This document shows positions 28,325 through 37,427 of a DNA stretch of 61,986 nt, piece after piece. How positions within the stretch are numbered: position 1 is the first letter of the stretch; every line of letters begins with the position of its first letter. Source of the DNA: Candidatus Jorgensenbacteria bacterium GW2011_GWA1_48_11. GTDB lineage: Bacteria; Patescibacteriota; Minisyncoccia; UBA6257; GWB1-50-10. The stretch is from positions 2,190-64,175 of the forward strand of contig LCPF01000002.1 of NCBI GenBank assembly GCA_001003475.1. Direction: 5' to 3'. The notes under the pieces are model-generated. The model did not search any database. It was given only the letters and a program-made list of their open reading frames with translations, and was not told the DNA's origin. Position numbers and translations under genes: made by a program.

Positions 28325-30106
28325 ATGACAACTGAAATCAGAAATTGTCAGAATTGTAAGCAATCATTCGTTATTGATTCGGAGGATTTCGCTTTCTATG
28401 AAAAAATGGAAGTTCCGCCGCCGACTTTTTGTTGGATTTGCAGGGTGGAACGGCGTTTGGTTTATCGTAACGAGAGAACTCTTTACAGGAGAAAGAGCGG
28501 TTATACTGGCAAGGAGATATTTTCAACTTTCCCGCCCGATATGCCATACGTCACTTACGAATCGGATATCTGGTATTCGGATGCATGGGATCCTTTGTCG
28601 TACGGCCGAGATTACGATTTTAACCGTCCGTTTTTTTCTCAGTTCGATGAGCTCATGAAGATCGTGCCGTTGCAAGCGCGGAGCGTAATTTCACCGGTGA
28701 ACAGCGATTATGGCAATAATTCGTCGGGATCAAAGAATTGCTATCTTGTTTTCAATACAACCAATGCGGAAGATTGCTTGTACGGTAACGGCGTGAGTTT
28801 TTCGAAGGATTGTGTCGACAATTCGCATATCTCGAAATCGGAACTTTGTTACGGGAATTTCTGGCTGACTCGTTGCAGTCGAGCATTCTTTTCGGAACGC
28901 TGTGAGGATTGCTCGGATATATGGTTTTCGAAAGATCTTCGCGGTTGTTCGAATTGTTTCGGGTGCTTTAACTTACGAAACAAGAGTTATTACATCTGGA
29001 ATAGACCGCACTCAAAAGAAGAATACGCCGCATGGCTGGCGAAATTGAATACCGGCTCGTTTTGCGAGTTTTCGAAATGGAAAGGAGAGTTTGCCCAGCG
29101 TACGATCGCTTACCCTTCAAAGTTTATCGAGGGAACGCATAATTCCGACGTAAGCGGGAACTACATTTTCAATTCAAAAAACGTAAAAAAATCTTTTCTG
29201 GTGCGCGATGGGGAAAACCTGAAATATTGCCAGTATCTGCAAGAGCCGCCAAACAAGGATTGTTATGATCATACGACTTGGGGAGTGGGGAACGCATTTA
29301 CTTATGAATGCGGTCAGGTTGGCGACGGAGCGAATAACGTAAAATTCGTCGCTACTTCTTGGACGAACATTAGAAACATCGAATATTGCTACATGTGTCA
29401 CTCCTCATCGGATCTTTTCGGATGTGTGAGTCTCAGGAATAAGCAATATTGTGTTTTGAACAAGCAGTATACGAAAGAAAAATACGAAGAACTGGTGAGG
29501 CGGATAAAAGAACAGATGATGCAAATTCCTTACATTGATAAAAAGGGAAGGGAGTACCGATATGGCGAGTTTTTTCCTATCGAATTTTCTCCTTTTCCGT
29601 ACAATGAAACGGCAACCCAGGATTATTTCCGGCGCACAAAATCGGAAGTTGAGGCGTTGGGGTATACTTGGCGTGACCAGCCTACGCGGAATTATTCCGT
29701 AACCATGCGAACGGAGGATATTCCAGATTCCATAGATGAGGTAGGGGATAAAATCATTGAAGACATTATCAGGTGTGCGCACCGAGGCGAATGCAATGAT
29801 AATTGCACTACGGCGTTCCGTATCACGCCCACAGAATTATCATTTTATAGGAGGATGAAGCTGCCGTTACCGCGCCTATGCCCAAATTGCCGAACCTGTG
29901 AGCGTCTGGAGCATCGAGGTACGTTCAAGCTCTGGCCCCGCCAATGCACCTGCGCCGGGGAGAAGTCGGAAAACGACGTCTATTCAAACACCGCCTCACA
30001 TTTTCACGGAGCCGGGCGGTGTCCCAACGAATTCGAAACCTCCTATTCCCCGGAGAGGAAAGAAATCGTCTATTGTGAAAGCTGTTACAATAGTGAAGTT
30101 GTCTGA
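28325..30106 (+). CDS. Cys-rich hypothetical protein, paralog 2
   Basis: CQNC..PPPTFCWICR, WDPLSYGRDYDF, CFGC, CPNC, YCESCY. Confidence 0.85.
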   Translation: MTTEIRNCQNCKQSFVIDSEDFAFYEKMEVPPPTFCWICRVERRLVYRNERTLYRRKSGYTGKEIFSTFPPDMPYVTYESDIWYSDAWDPLSYGRDYDFNRPFFSQFDELMKIVPLQARSVISPVNSDYGNNSSGSKNCYLVFNTTNAEDCLYGNGVSFSKDCVDNSHISKSELCYGNFWLTRCSRAFFSERCEDCSDIWFSKDLRGCSNCFGCFNLRNKSYYIWNRPHSKEEYAAWLAKLNTGSFCEFSKWKGEFAQRTIAYPSKFIEGTHNSDVSGNYIFNSKNVKKSFLVRDGENLKYCQYLQEPPNKDCYDHTTWGVGNAFTYECGQVGDGANNVKFVATSWTNIRNIEYCYMCHSSSDLFGCVSLRNKQYCVLNKQYTKEKYEELVRRIKEQMMQIPYIDKKGREYRYGEFFPIEFSPFPYNETATQDYFRRTKSEVEALGYTWRDQPTRNYSVTMRTEDIPDSIDEVGDKIIEDIIRCAHRGECNDNCTTAFRITPTELSFYRRMKLPLPRLCPNCRTCERLEHRGTFKLWPRQCTCAGEKSENDVYSNTASHFHGAGRCPNEFETSYSPERKEIVYCESCYNSEVV

Positions 30107-30160
30107 ACTCCATTTATTTCATTTGGTTATCTAAATTGAATCCATAATTTTATTCCGACA

Positions 30161-30201
30161 ATGGGAAGAGCAACGCCATATTGAGCAATAGCTCTTCCAA
30201 T
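30161..30201. repeat. 41-bp hairpin repeat, copy 1
   Basis: 40/41 identical to the reverse complement of 51272-51312. Confidence 0.85.
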
Positions 30202-30273
30202 TGTTGAAAAAAAGAATTATCGAAGAAAATCTGTTGTTATTATATTTATATTAATGTCAGATCCGATAAAATC

Positions 30274-30639
30274 ATGCTGAAACCGCCGAAAAACGATCAA
30301 AAATATTCCTGGACTTACCACGCGGCGGACAAAATGCGGCAGTACGGCATTGGCGAAGGCCGAGTCAAAAGGATCATCCGTTTTCCCAAAAGAGTGGAAG
30401 AGGGGATCGCGCCTAAAACCGTGGCCGTGATGCAGCCGGCCGGGAGCAAGCGCTACAGCGAGATTTGGGTGATGTACAAGCTTACGAAGCAAGCAACAAA
30501 AGACTCTAAACAAAAAACAAATGACTTTAAACAGGTAGGGAAAATTAAAATAATTACAGCCTGGAGATATCCAGGTAAATCTCCAGAGAGAGATCCGGTA
30601 CCTCAAGAAGTTATCGAAGAGGTGAGGCGTCTTTTATAA
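30274..30639 (+). CDS. Hypothetical protein (possibly DUF4258/RelE-like fold)
   Basis: WTYHAADKM...EIWVMY...IITAWRYPG. Confidence 0.6.
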   Translation: MLKPPKNDQKYSWTYHAADKMRQYGIGEGRVKRIIRFPKRVEEGIAPKTVAVMQPAGSKRYSEIWVMYKLTKQATKDSKQKTNDFKQVGKIKIITAWRYPGKSPERDPVPQEVIEEVRRLL

Positions 30640-30648
30640 TATAAGATA

Positions 30649-31629
30649 ATGAGACACATTAATTTCTTTTCTAAAATTGAATATCAGGAGATAGCTGACG
30701 TTTTCGGGTTGGGCAATATTAAAAAAATTGAACATTTTAAGCAGGGGTTGGCAGCGCCGAAGGCATTAGTTAAAACAACGAATGGCAGTTATGTTATCGC
30801 TAAATACAAAATAGGCAAAGGCGAGAATTTCAAAAATAAGCCTCGAAAATCCATTCTGCATGAGATAAACCTTTTAACATCATTGAAAGATTTGCCAGTG
30901 CCCAAATATCTGGCATATAAGGACGGAAAACGCCTTTTAGATTTTAAAGGCTTTGGTGTCACCGTTTATAAATATCTAGATGGTCATATCACTAATACAA
31001 TCAATGAAAAAAAAGCTTTTGCGCTTGGTAATTTTCTTGGAGGCTTCCAGAGACAAAAGAAAAGATTCAGAGGAAAATTTGCGGATAGATACAAATTTTA
31101 TGATTTTTCAATCTCCAGAATGAAATTTATGAAACCTTATGCCTATAATCAAACCCACAAAGAACTTAAAGCAGTAGTAAAAGAAGTGGAAAGGGGGGTT
31201 ATTCTCAATCGGCTCGGCAAGAATCTTCCTCGGGGTCCTATCCATGTCGATATAAAATCAGATAATGAGTTATTTAGGGGAGATAAGCTTACGGGCATTA
31301 TAGATTTTGGAAATTTTTATATAGGCCCATTGATTTTGGATGTAGGGAAAGCCATCGTATTTAATTGCGTTAAGAGAGGAAAATTGGATGGGAAATTAGT
31401 GAGGAGTTTTTTGCGCGGCTACGAAAAGCAAAGACTTCTTAAAAGGCAGGAAATAAATTATCTAAAAAAATCTATTCTTTATTCAATATACAGTCATATT
31501 TGGCTTGATTTGTATCACGTGCCTTTAAAATTAGTTCCTGAGACGCACACGCTTTATTTTGTAAGGGCTTTTCTGCCCGCCATACGCGATTTGGACAAAA
31601 ATGAAAATTTTATCGCAGAAATTCTTTGA
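30649..31629 (+). CDS. Homoserine kinase type II / APH-family phosphotransferase
   Basis: LPVP, PRGPIHVD...N, GIIDFG; AT-rich. Confidence 0.75.
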   Translation: MRHINFFSKIEYQEIADVFGLGNIKKIEHFKQGLAAPKALVKTTNGSYVIAKYKIGKGENFKNKPRKSILHEINLLTSLKDLPVPKYLAYKDGKRLLDFKGFGVTVYKYLDGHITNTINEKKAFALGNFLGGFQRQKKRFRGKFADRYKFYDFSISRMKFMKPYAYNQTHKELKAVVKEVERGVILNRLGKNLPRGPIHVDIKSDNELFRGDKLTGIIDFGNFYIGPLILDVGKAIVFNCVKRGKLDGKLVRSFLRGYEKQRLLKRQEINYLKKSILYSIYSHIWLDLYHVPLKLVPETHTLYFVRAFLPAIRDLDKNENFIAEIL

Positions 31630-32248
31630 GCAGCCGGCTTTGAAAATAGCTAAAGTCCTTCTGGGCAAATATTTGGTGCGGCGGATCGGCCGCAAAACCA
31701 TAAAAGTGATGATTACCGAAGTCGAAGCCTATGACGGCTTTAAAGACAAGGCTTCGCATGCGGCGCGGGGCCTTACTGAACGCAATAAGATAATGTTCGG
31801 GCCGGCCGGTTATTGGTATGTCTATTTCACTTATGGCATGCATTGGATGCTGAACATCGTGACTGGGAGGGAGGGCTATCCGGCCGCCGTCTTAATTCGC
31901 GGCGTACGGTTAATCCTTCCGCGTACTTCCTCGGGAGGCAGTCTCAGGGGCGACGCCCAAGTCTTAGCCTCCCTACGGGATACGCGGAAGGGCACGTCGG
32001 AAAAGTATATTAACGGGCCGGCTCGGCTGACCAAATTTTTAAAAATAGATAAGAGGTTCAATAATAAAGCTGCTAGTTGCCGAACTGGCCTATGGATAGA
32101 AGACAATCCGAGGTTTAGAAATTTGTCCGCCCGAGGCAGATCCGCCTCTGGCGGAAAATTCGAAATTAGAAATTCTCCGAGAATCGGGGTCGGTTACGCC
32201 GGTCCTATTTGGTCAAAAAAGCCCTATCGGTTTAAGATAGAAGCATGA
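31601..32248 (+). CDS. mpg: DNA-3-methyladenine glycosylase (MPG/AAG) with two in-frame palindromic insertions
   Basis: ITEVEAY, ASHA, YVYFTYGMHWMLNIV, AVLIR, NGPARLT, PRIGV, PYRF. Confidence 0.92.
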   Translation: MKILSQKFFEQPALKIAKVLLGKYLVRRIGRKTIKVMITEVEAYDGFKDKASHAARGLTERNKIMFGPAGYWYVYFTYGMHWMLNIVTGREGYPAAVLIRGVRLILPRTSSGGSLRGDAQVLASLRDTRKGTSEKYINGPARLTKFLKIDKRFNNKAASCRTGLWIEDNPRFRNLSARGRSASGGKFEIRNSPRIGVGYAGPIWSKKPYRFKIEA

Positions 32249-32356
32249 ATCCCGTTAGAAGCGGCCTCGATAACCATAAGGGAACAATATTATTAATTGG
32301 TTATAATATAACCGGTCTAAACCAAACGCGGAGATTTGTTCCGCTTCTAACGGGAT
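32249..32356. mobile_element. 108-bp MITE-like element with perfect 16-bp TIR (ATCCCGTTAGAAGCGG)
   Basis: TIRs at 32249-32264 and 32341-32356; right TIR supplies the AT of the ychF ATG. Confidence 0.7.
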
Positions 32357-33365
32357 GAAACTTTCCATTGGCATCGTCGGTTTGCCCAACGTCGGCAAAT
32401 CCACCTTGTTCAAAATTTTAACGAAACAAGAGGTGCATATTGCCAATTATCCTTTTGCGACGATTGATCCGAACGTGGGCATTGTGCCCGTGCCGGACGA
32501 AAGACTGGAAAAATTGGCAAAATTAAGCCAGTCGAAGAAAATCGTGCCGGCAGTCGTGGAATTTTACGACATTGCCGGTTTGGTCAAAGGCGCCAATAAA
32601 GGCGAGGGCTTGGGCAATCAGTTCTTGTCTCACATCCGTGAAGTGAATGCGGTCCTGCAAGTCGTCCGCTGTTTTTCGGCGAGCGACATCATTCACGTCG
32701 AAAGCACGACCGATCCGGTGCGCGATCTGGAAATAGTGAACATGGAGCTGGTTCTTAAGGATTTGGAAACCGTAGCCAAGAGACACGAGAATGCCGAAGC
32801 CGATGCCCGGAGCGGCAAGAAAGAGGCGGTCCTGTTAAGAGATAATTTGCTGGACATCAAGAAAGCGCTGGAGATGGGCGAGCTCATCGTGACCGATCCG
32901 GACTTGGTCAGACGCCACGAAGCCATGTTCAAGGATTTGAATCTTTTGACGGCCAAGCCGCAGCTTATTTTATTGAACGGCAAGCCGGAAGAGGTGAGTG
33001 ACGAATTGAAAAATAAGATTAGGGCTATGAAGGCCGATTATCTGATCCACGATCTGGCGAGCGAAAATTTCGTTCCAGAATTGATTCAGAAAGCCTACCA
33101 GATTCTTAATCTGATCAGTTTTTTGACTACCGGCGAGGATGAAACCCGGGCCTGGACCATTCAAAAGGGGACGAAAGCGCCGCAGGCCGCCGGCGTCATT
33201 CACACGGATTTTGAAAGCAAATTCATCAGGGCCGAAGTCATCAATTGGCAAAAACTAATGGAAGCCGGCAGCTGGAATAGCGCCAAACAAAAAGGCTGGC
33301 TGCGGCTCGAAGGCAAGGACTACGTGATGGCTGACGGTGACGTTGTCGTCATTCGGCACGGTTAA
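32355..33365 (+). CDS. ychF: Redox-regulated ribosome-binding ATPase YchF
   Basis: GIVGLPNVGKSTLF, NYPFATIDPN, DIAGLV, GEGLGNQFL, AGVIHTDF. Confidence 0.97.
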   Translation: MKLSIGIVGLPNVGKSTLFKILTKQEVHIANYPFATIDPNVGIVPVPDERLEKLAKLSQSKKIVPAVVEFYDIAGLVKGANKGEGLGNQFLSHIREVNAVLQVVRCFSASDIIHVESTTDPVRDLEIVNMELVLKDLETVAKRHENAEADARSGKKEAVLLRDNLLDIKKALEMGELIVTDPDLVRRHEAMFKDLNLLTAKPQLILLNGKPEEVSDELKNKIRAMKADYLIHDLASENFVPELIQKAYQILNLISFLTTGEDETRAWTIQKGTKAPQAAGVIHTDFESKFIRAEVINWQKLMEAGSWNSAKQKGWLRLEGKDYVMADGDVVVIRHG

Positions 33366-33391
33366 AAAAAGCGCCGGTCAGGCGCTTTTTT
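33366..33391. terminator. Bidirectional intrinsic terminator
   Basis: AAAAAGCGCC-GGTCA-GGCGCTTTTT between convergent genes. Confidence 0.7.
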
Positions 33392-33749
33392 CTTCCAGCA
33401 GGAGGAAAAGCAGGGCCAGGGCAGAAAGCATCAGGCCGACATCCCGGAAAGTGACAAGATCAACGCCATAGAAGACGATGATTGAGAGAAAATCGAGAAA
33501 GGCCAGGAAAGCCGCCAGCTTCACCCATTTGTTAAAGAGTAGAAGGGCGGCGACAAAAAGCTCGAAAACGGCGTAAATCGAAAGGAGAGTATGGCGTTCG
33601 ATTATCTTGCCGAGCCAAGCCGGCACGAAATCGAGCCAGCTCGCCGGCTCGACCCACATGAGGAGGCCAGCGTAAAGGAAGACCAACCCCAACCCGAAGC
33701 GAATAATTGCGGTCGGCCTTATTTTAGATTCCAGGGTTTTTATAAACAT
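33378..33749 (-). CDS. DoxX family membrane protein
   Basis: RFGLGLVFLYAG, FEL, RDVGL. Confidence 0.8.
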   Translation of the reverse strand: MFIKTLESKIRPTAIIRFGLGLVFLYAGLLMWVEPASWLDFVPAWLGKIIERHTLLSIYAVFELFVAALLLFNKWVKLAAFLAFLDFLSIIVFYGVDLVTFRDVGLMLSALALLFLLLEEKSA

Positions 33750-33794
33750 CAATTTTGGCTTATGATTATATTATAGCAAAATTTATTTCCAATC

Positions 33795-34505
33795 ATGACC
33801 TATGAATTGGCGCTAGACGCTTACCGCGGCCCCCTAGACAAGCTTTTGGAATTGGTTGAGGAGAAGAAGCTGGCCATTACCGAAATCAGCCTCGCCGCCG
33901 TGACCGCGGACTTCCTAGCCTATTTAAAGAAGCTGGAAGCGGAGAAAATCGATCAAATTCTTTTGGCTGATTTTCTGGCGGTGGCCTCCAAATTGATTCT
34001 GATCAAGTCCAAATTCCTTTTGCCTTCGCTCGTGACCGAGGAAGACGAACTCGAAATCAGGGATTTGGAAATCCGGCTCCGGCTTTACCAGGAAATCAAG
34101 CAGGCCATGATTTTGGTCAAGCGGAGTTGGCAGCCGTTGCCTCAGATTTTCAGCCGCGAATATTTGGCCCAAATCGGCCCGGTTTTTTACCCGCCGCGCG
34201 AGGTTACGGCCGAGACGCTCCATTCGGTTCTGGTCGGCCTTTTCGCCGACTTTGAAAAGATTTTCCGGCCGGTGGCCGTCATCAAAACGGAAATAATCAA
34301 TTTGAAGGCGAAAATCGAGGAAGTTTTCAAAAAATTGACCGATCGGCCCCTGGAATTCCAAAAACTTTCCAATAGGCATTCCAAAAACGAATTGATCGTC
34401 CTTTTTTTGGCCATTCTCCACCTGATCAAGGAGCAGCTGATCCTGGTCAATCAGCCGACTCATTTCCGGGAAATGACCATTGTGAGAAAAGCAAAAACCG
34501 ATTAA
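33795..34505 (+). CDS. scpA: Segregation and condensation protein A
   Basis: GPLDKLLELV, FLAVASKLILIKSKFLLP, FLAILHL. Confidence 0.93.
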   Translation: MTYELALDAYRGPLDKLLELVEEKKLAITEISLAAVTADFLAYLKKLEAEKIDQILLADFLAVASKLILIKSKFLLPSLVTEEDELEIRDLEIRLRLYQEIKQAMILVKRSWQPLPQIFSREYLAQIGPVFYPPREVTAETLHSVLVGLFADFEKIFRPVAVIKTEIINLKAKIEEVFKKLTDRPLEFQKLSNRHSKNELIVLFLAILHLIKEQLILVNQPTHFREMTIVRKAKTD

Positions 34506-34518
34506 AATCATCGTTGCC

Positions 34519-35085
34519 ATGCCCGAAATAGATTTGAAAAAAGCCGCCGCCCTCGAAGCCCTCCTTTTCTATTACGGCGAGAGTTTGAGCTTGAAGAAAA
34601 TAGCGAAGTTCCTCGAGATCAAGGAAACGGAAGTGCCGAGTCTGGTCCAGTACCTCAAAGAAAAGATGGACAGCGATGAAGCGTGTGGCCTTACTCTTTT
34701 ATCCCAAGACAATAACGTTCAAATGGCGACGAAACCCGATTTTCAATCGATCGGCAAGAGACTCGTGACCGACGAGTTCCGCGAAGAGCTTTCGCCGGCA
34801 TCGCTCGAGACCCTTTCGATCGTCGCTTACCTGGGGCCGATCCCAAGAAGCAAGATCGATTATTTGCGCGGCGTGAATTCTTCCTTTACCCTGCGCGGTC
34901 TCCTGATGCGGGGCTTGATTGACCGCAATCCGGAAGCCGAGCACGGCAACCAGTATTATTATCGGGCCAGTTTTGATTTTTTGAAGCATATGGGCCTTGA
35001 AAACACGGAAAAATTGCCGGAATACGAAAAATATCGGGCATTACTCCAGAATTTCGAAGGTCAGGAAGAAAATAAACCCGCATGA
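34519..35085 (+). CDS. scpB: Segregation and condensation protein B
   Basis: LEALLF, LSPASLETLSIVAY, IDYLRGVNS. Confidence 0.93.
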   Translation: MPEIDLKKAAALEALLFYYGESLSLKKIAKFLEIKETEVPSLVQYLKEKMDSDEACGLTLLSQDNNVQMATKPDFQSIGKRLVTDEFREELSPASLETLSIVAYLGPIPRSKIDYLRGVNSSFTLRGLLMRGLIDRNPEAEHGNQYYYRASFDFLKHMGLENTEKLPEYEKYRALLQNFEGQEENKPA

Positions 35086-36029
35086 GCATCCGTTCCCAGG
35101 CCTTGATTTTGGTTTTTTTGATCCTGGTTTCTTTGACATTGACCAGGATTAGCATCGGGCCGTCATCATTGGCCGGCAATCAGGTTTCGAGAGCCGCGAA
35201 AACCACCGTGACACCGGCGGCAAACGATCTGTCTTACGAGCGGGCAAGCCTTCTGCAGAACGCTCAAGTGCCGCCGGGTCCGGTCCGAAACTGGGACGTT
35301 TTGGATCCGAAAGTAACGGCGAAGGCGGTCCTGATCCAATCTCTGGACGACTATTATCCCTTTTTCAATTACAACACCTATGTTTCCTGGCCGGCGGCTT
35401 CACTGACCAAGCTTCTTACGGCCGTCGTCGTTTTGGAGGATATCGGCCAGAACAAGAAGATTTCGGTGAGCGCCGCAGCGGCGGCAGCCGACGGTTCTTC
35501 GGCCGGCCTGCGGAGCGGCGAAGTTTACACGGCCCAGGACCTTTTGAAAATAATGCTCTTGGCTTCGGCCAACGACGCGGCGGCGGCTTTTGAGGAATAT
35601 TTGGGCGCGGAGAATTTTCTGAGCCTGACGAACGAAAAGATGCGCGATTTAGGCATGAACCAGACCGTTATTCTCGACTCGAGCGGCTTGAACGACGCGA
35701 ACGTTTCTTCGGCTAGCGATTTGATGCGCCTTACCCGCTATATCGTTGAGAACCATCCGGAAATTTTCACCTGGACTCGGCTGACGAGCTTTTTGGCCCA
35801 GCCCATTAACGACGTTCGGACGCAAAGCCTGCAGAATATCGATCGGCTGGTCGAAGAACCGGATTTTCTGGGCGGCAAGACCGGCACTTCGGAAGCCGCC
35901 GGTCAAAATCTTTTGGCGATTTTCAACCACAATAATCTTCGGATCGCGATCATCATCCTGGGCAGCACCGATCGTTATGCCGACATGAGCCATCTTTTAA
36001 ATTGGCTGGACAAGGCTTACACTTATTAG
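35082..36029 (+). CDS. D-alanyl-D-alanine carboxypeptidase (S11)
   Basis: ASLTK (SxxK), SAN, GGKTG. Confidence 0.9.
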   Translation: MSIRSQALILVFLILVSLTLTRISIGPSSLAGNQVSRAAKTTVTPAANDLSYERASLLQNAQVPPGPVRNWDVLDPKVTAKAVLIQSLDDYYPFFNYNTYVSWPAASLTKLLTAVVVLEDIGQNKKISVSAAAAAADGSSAGLRSGEVYTAQDLLKIMLLASANDAAAAFEEYLGAENFLSLTNEKMRDLGMNQTVILDSSGLNDANVSSASDLMRLTRYIVENHPEIFTWTRLTSFLAQPINDVRTQSLQNIDRLVEEPDFLGGKTGTSEAAGQNLLAIFNHNNLRIAIIILGSTDRYADMSHLLNWLDKAYTY

Positions 36030-36031
36030 TA

Positions 36032-36168
36032 ATCCCTCACCCTTCAAAGATAGGGAGCTTAATTAGGGCAATGAAGCAATGTTTTCAAAAAGCAATATAT
36101 TCAAGGAAAGGTACGTTAATTTTCAAAGTGCGCTTCCCGAGAAGCGTAATCTTTGAAGGGTGAGGGAT
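36032..36168. mobile_element. 137-bp MITE-like element with perfect 20-bp TIR (ATCCCTCACCCTTCAAAGAT)
   Basis: TIRs at 36032-36051 and 36149-36168; supplies the AT of the mraY ATG; related copy at 61552-61621. Confidence 0.75.
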
Positions 36169-37213
36169 GGTTATCTTTGAGGCGGTCAGGGTTTTGGTCA
36201 TTTTCGCGATCGCTTTCGTGGTCGCGATTCTCATTACGCCGTTCGTTTATCATTGGCTGGTCAAATTGAACTTGCGTAAGAAGAACATTCGGGACGCGGT
36301 GAGCGCTCCGATCTTCCATCAATTTCACGAAAAAAAGGGCAATACGCCGACCATGGGCGGCGTCATAATTTGGCTCACCGTCATCGGCCTCGCCATGGTT
36401 TTTCTCGTCGGCCGCACTTTCTTCGACGGCTTCGGCGAATATTTCAATTTCGTAAGCCGTTCAGAAACTTATTTGCCGCTCGCCGCCCTGCTTTTGGCGG
36501 CGATCGTCGGTTTGATCGACGACATGTTCGGCATTTTAGGCAAGGGGCCGCACGGCGGGGGATTGAACATGAAGCAAAAACTTCTTCTTTACACCTTTGT
36601 GGCCGCATTGGGCGCCTGGTGGTTTTATTTCAAGCTGGGTTTCGACATTCTTTACATTCCTTTTATCGGCTATATTCCCTTGGGTCTATGGTATCTTCCG
36701 TTCTTCGTTTTCGTCCTGGTCGCAACCGCTTTTTCGGCTAACGAGACCGATGGCTTGGACGGTTTGGCCGGCGGCGTTTTGTTCTTCGCTTTCGGCGCCA
36801 TGGCGGTCGTTGCCTTCGTCCTGGGCCGTTACGATCTCGCCGCGATGACCACTGCGATTTTGGGTTCGCTTTTGGCCTTTTTGTGGTTCAATATCTACCC
36901 CGCCCGGTTTTTCATGGGTGATACCGGCTCCATGTCTTTAGGCATCACTTTGGGCGTGATGGCAATGATGACCAATACCGCTCTTTTGATGCCGATTTTC
37001 GGCCTGGTTTTGGTCTTCGAATCCGTGACCGTGATCATTCAGATATTGAGCAAGAAAATCCGGCACAAAAAAGTTTTCCTTTCGACGCCGATCCACCACC
37101 ACTTCGAAGCCTTGGGTTGGCACGAGAGCCAGATTACGATGCGTTTTTGGATCGTTTCGGCGGTGGCTTCGATTTTCGGCCTGGTTTTGTTCTTCTTGGC
37201 CCGCTTCGCCTGA
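36167..37213 (+). CDS. mraY: Phospho-N-acetylmuramoyl-pentapeptide transferase
   Basis: KGNTPTMGG, GLIDD, NETDGLDGLA, FMGDTGS, PIHHHFE. Confidence 0.96.
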   Translation: MVIFEAVRVLVIFAIAFVVAILITPFVYHWLVKLNLRKKNIRDAVSAPIFHQFHEKKGNTPTMGGVIIWLTVIGLAMVFLVGRTFFDGFGEYFNFVSRSETYLPLAALLLAAIVGLIDDMFGILGKGPHGGGLNMKQKLLLYTFVAALGAWWFYFKLGFDILYIPFIGYIPLGLWYLPFFVFVLVATAFSANETDGLDGLAGGVLFFAFGAMAVVAFVLGRYDLAAMTTAILGSLLAFLWFNIYPARFFMGDTGSMSLGITLGVMAMMTNTALLMPIFGLVLVFESVTVIIQILSKKIRHKKVFLSTPIHHHFEALGWHESQITMRFWIVSAVASIFGLVLFFLARFA

Positions 37214-37270
37214 AAGGCTTTGTTCAAAATTTAAAGCCGAAAGGCGAATAAATTTTGATTACAAAACTTT

Positions 37271-37377
37271 CACTCCGCCCCACTTTTTATAACAGCAATG
37301 AGCAATATAGAATTAATCAAGACAATAACTGATCATCTATTTCCGAAGGTTGTTTTCATAAAAAGTGAGGCGGGATG
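37271..37377. repeat. Degenerate MITE-like element with imperfect TIR (AAAAGTGAGGCGGGAT type)
   Basis: CACTCCGCCCCACTTTTTAT vs ATAAAAAGTGAGGCGGGATG, 17/20 complementary. Confidence 0.55.
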
Positions 37378-37427
37378 CTCAATTTTCTAACCTCGCTTCG
37401 CTCGGATAAAATTGGCATAATTAACTC

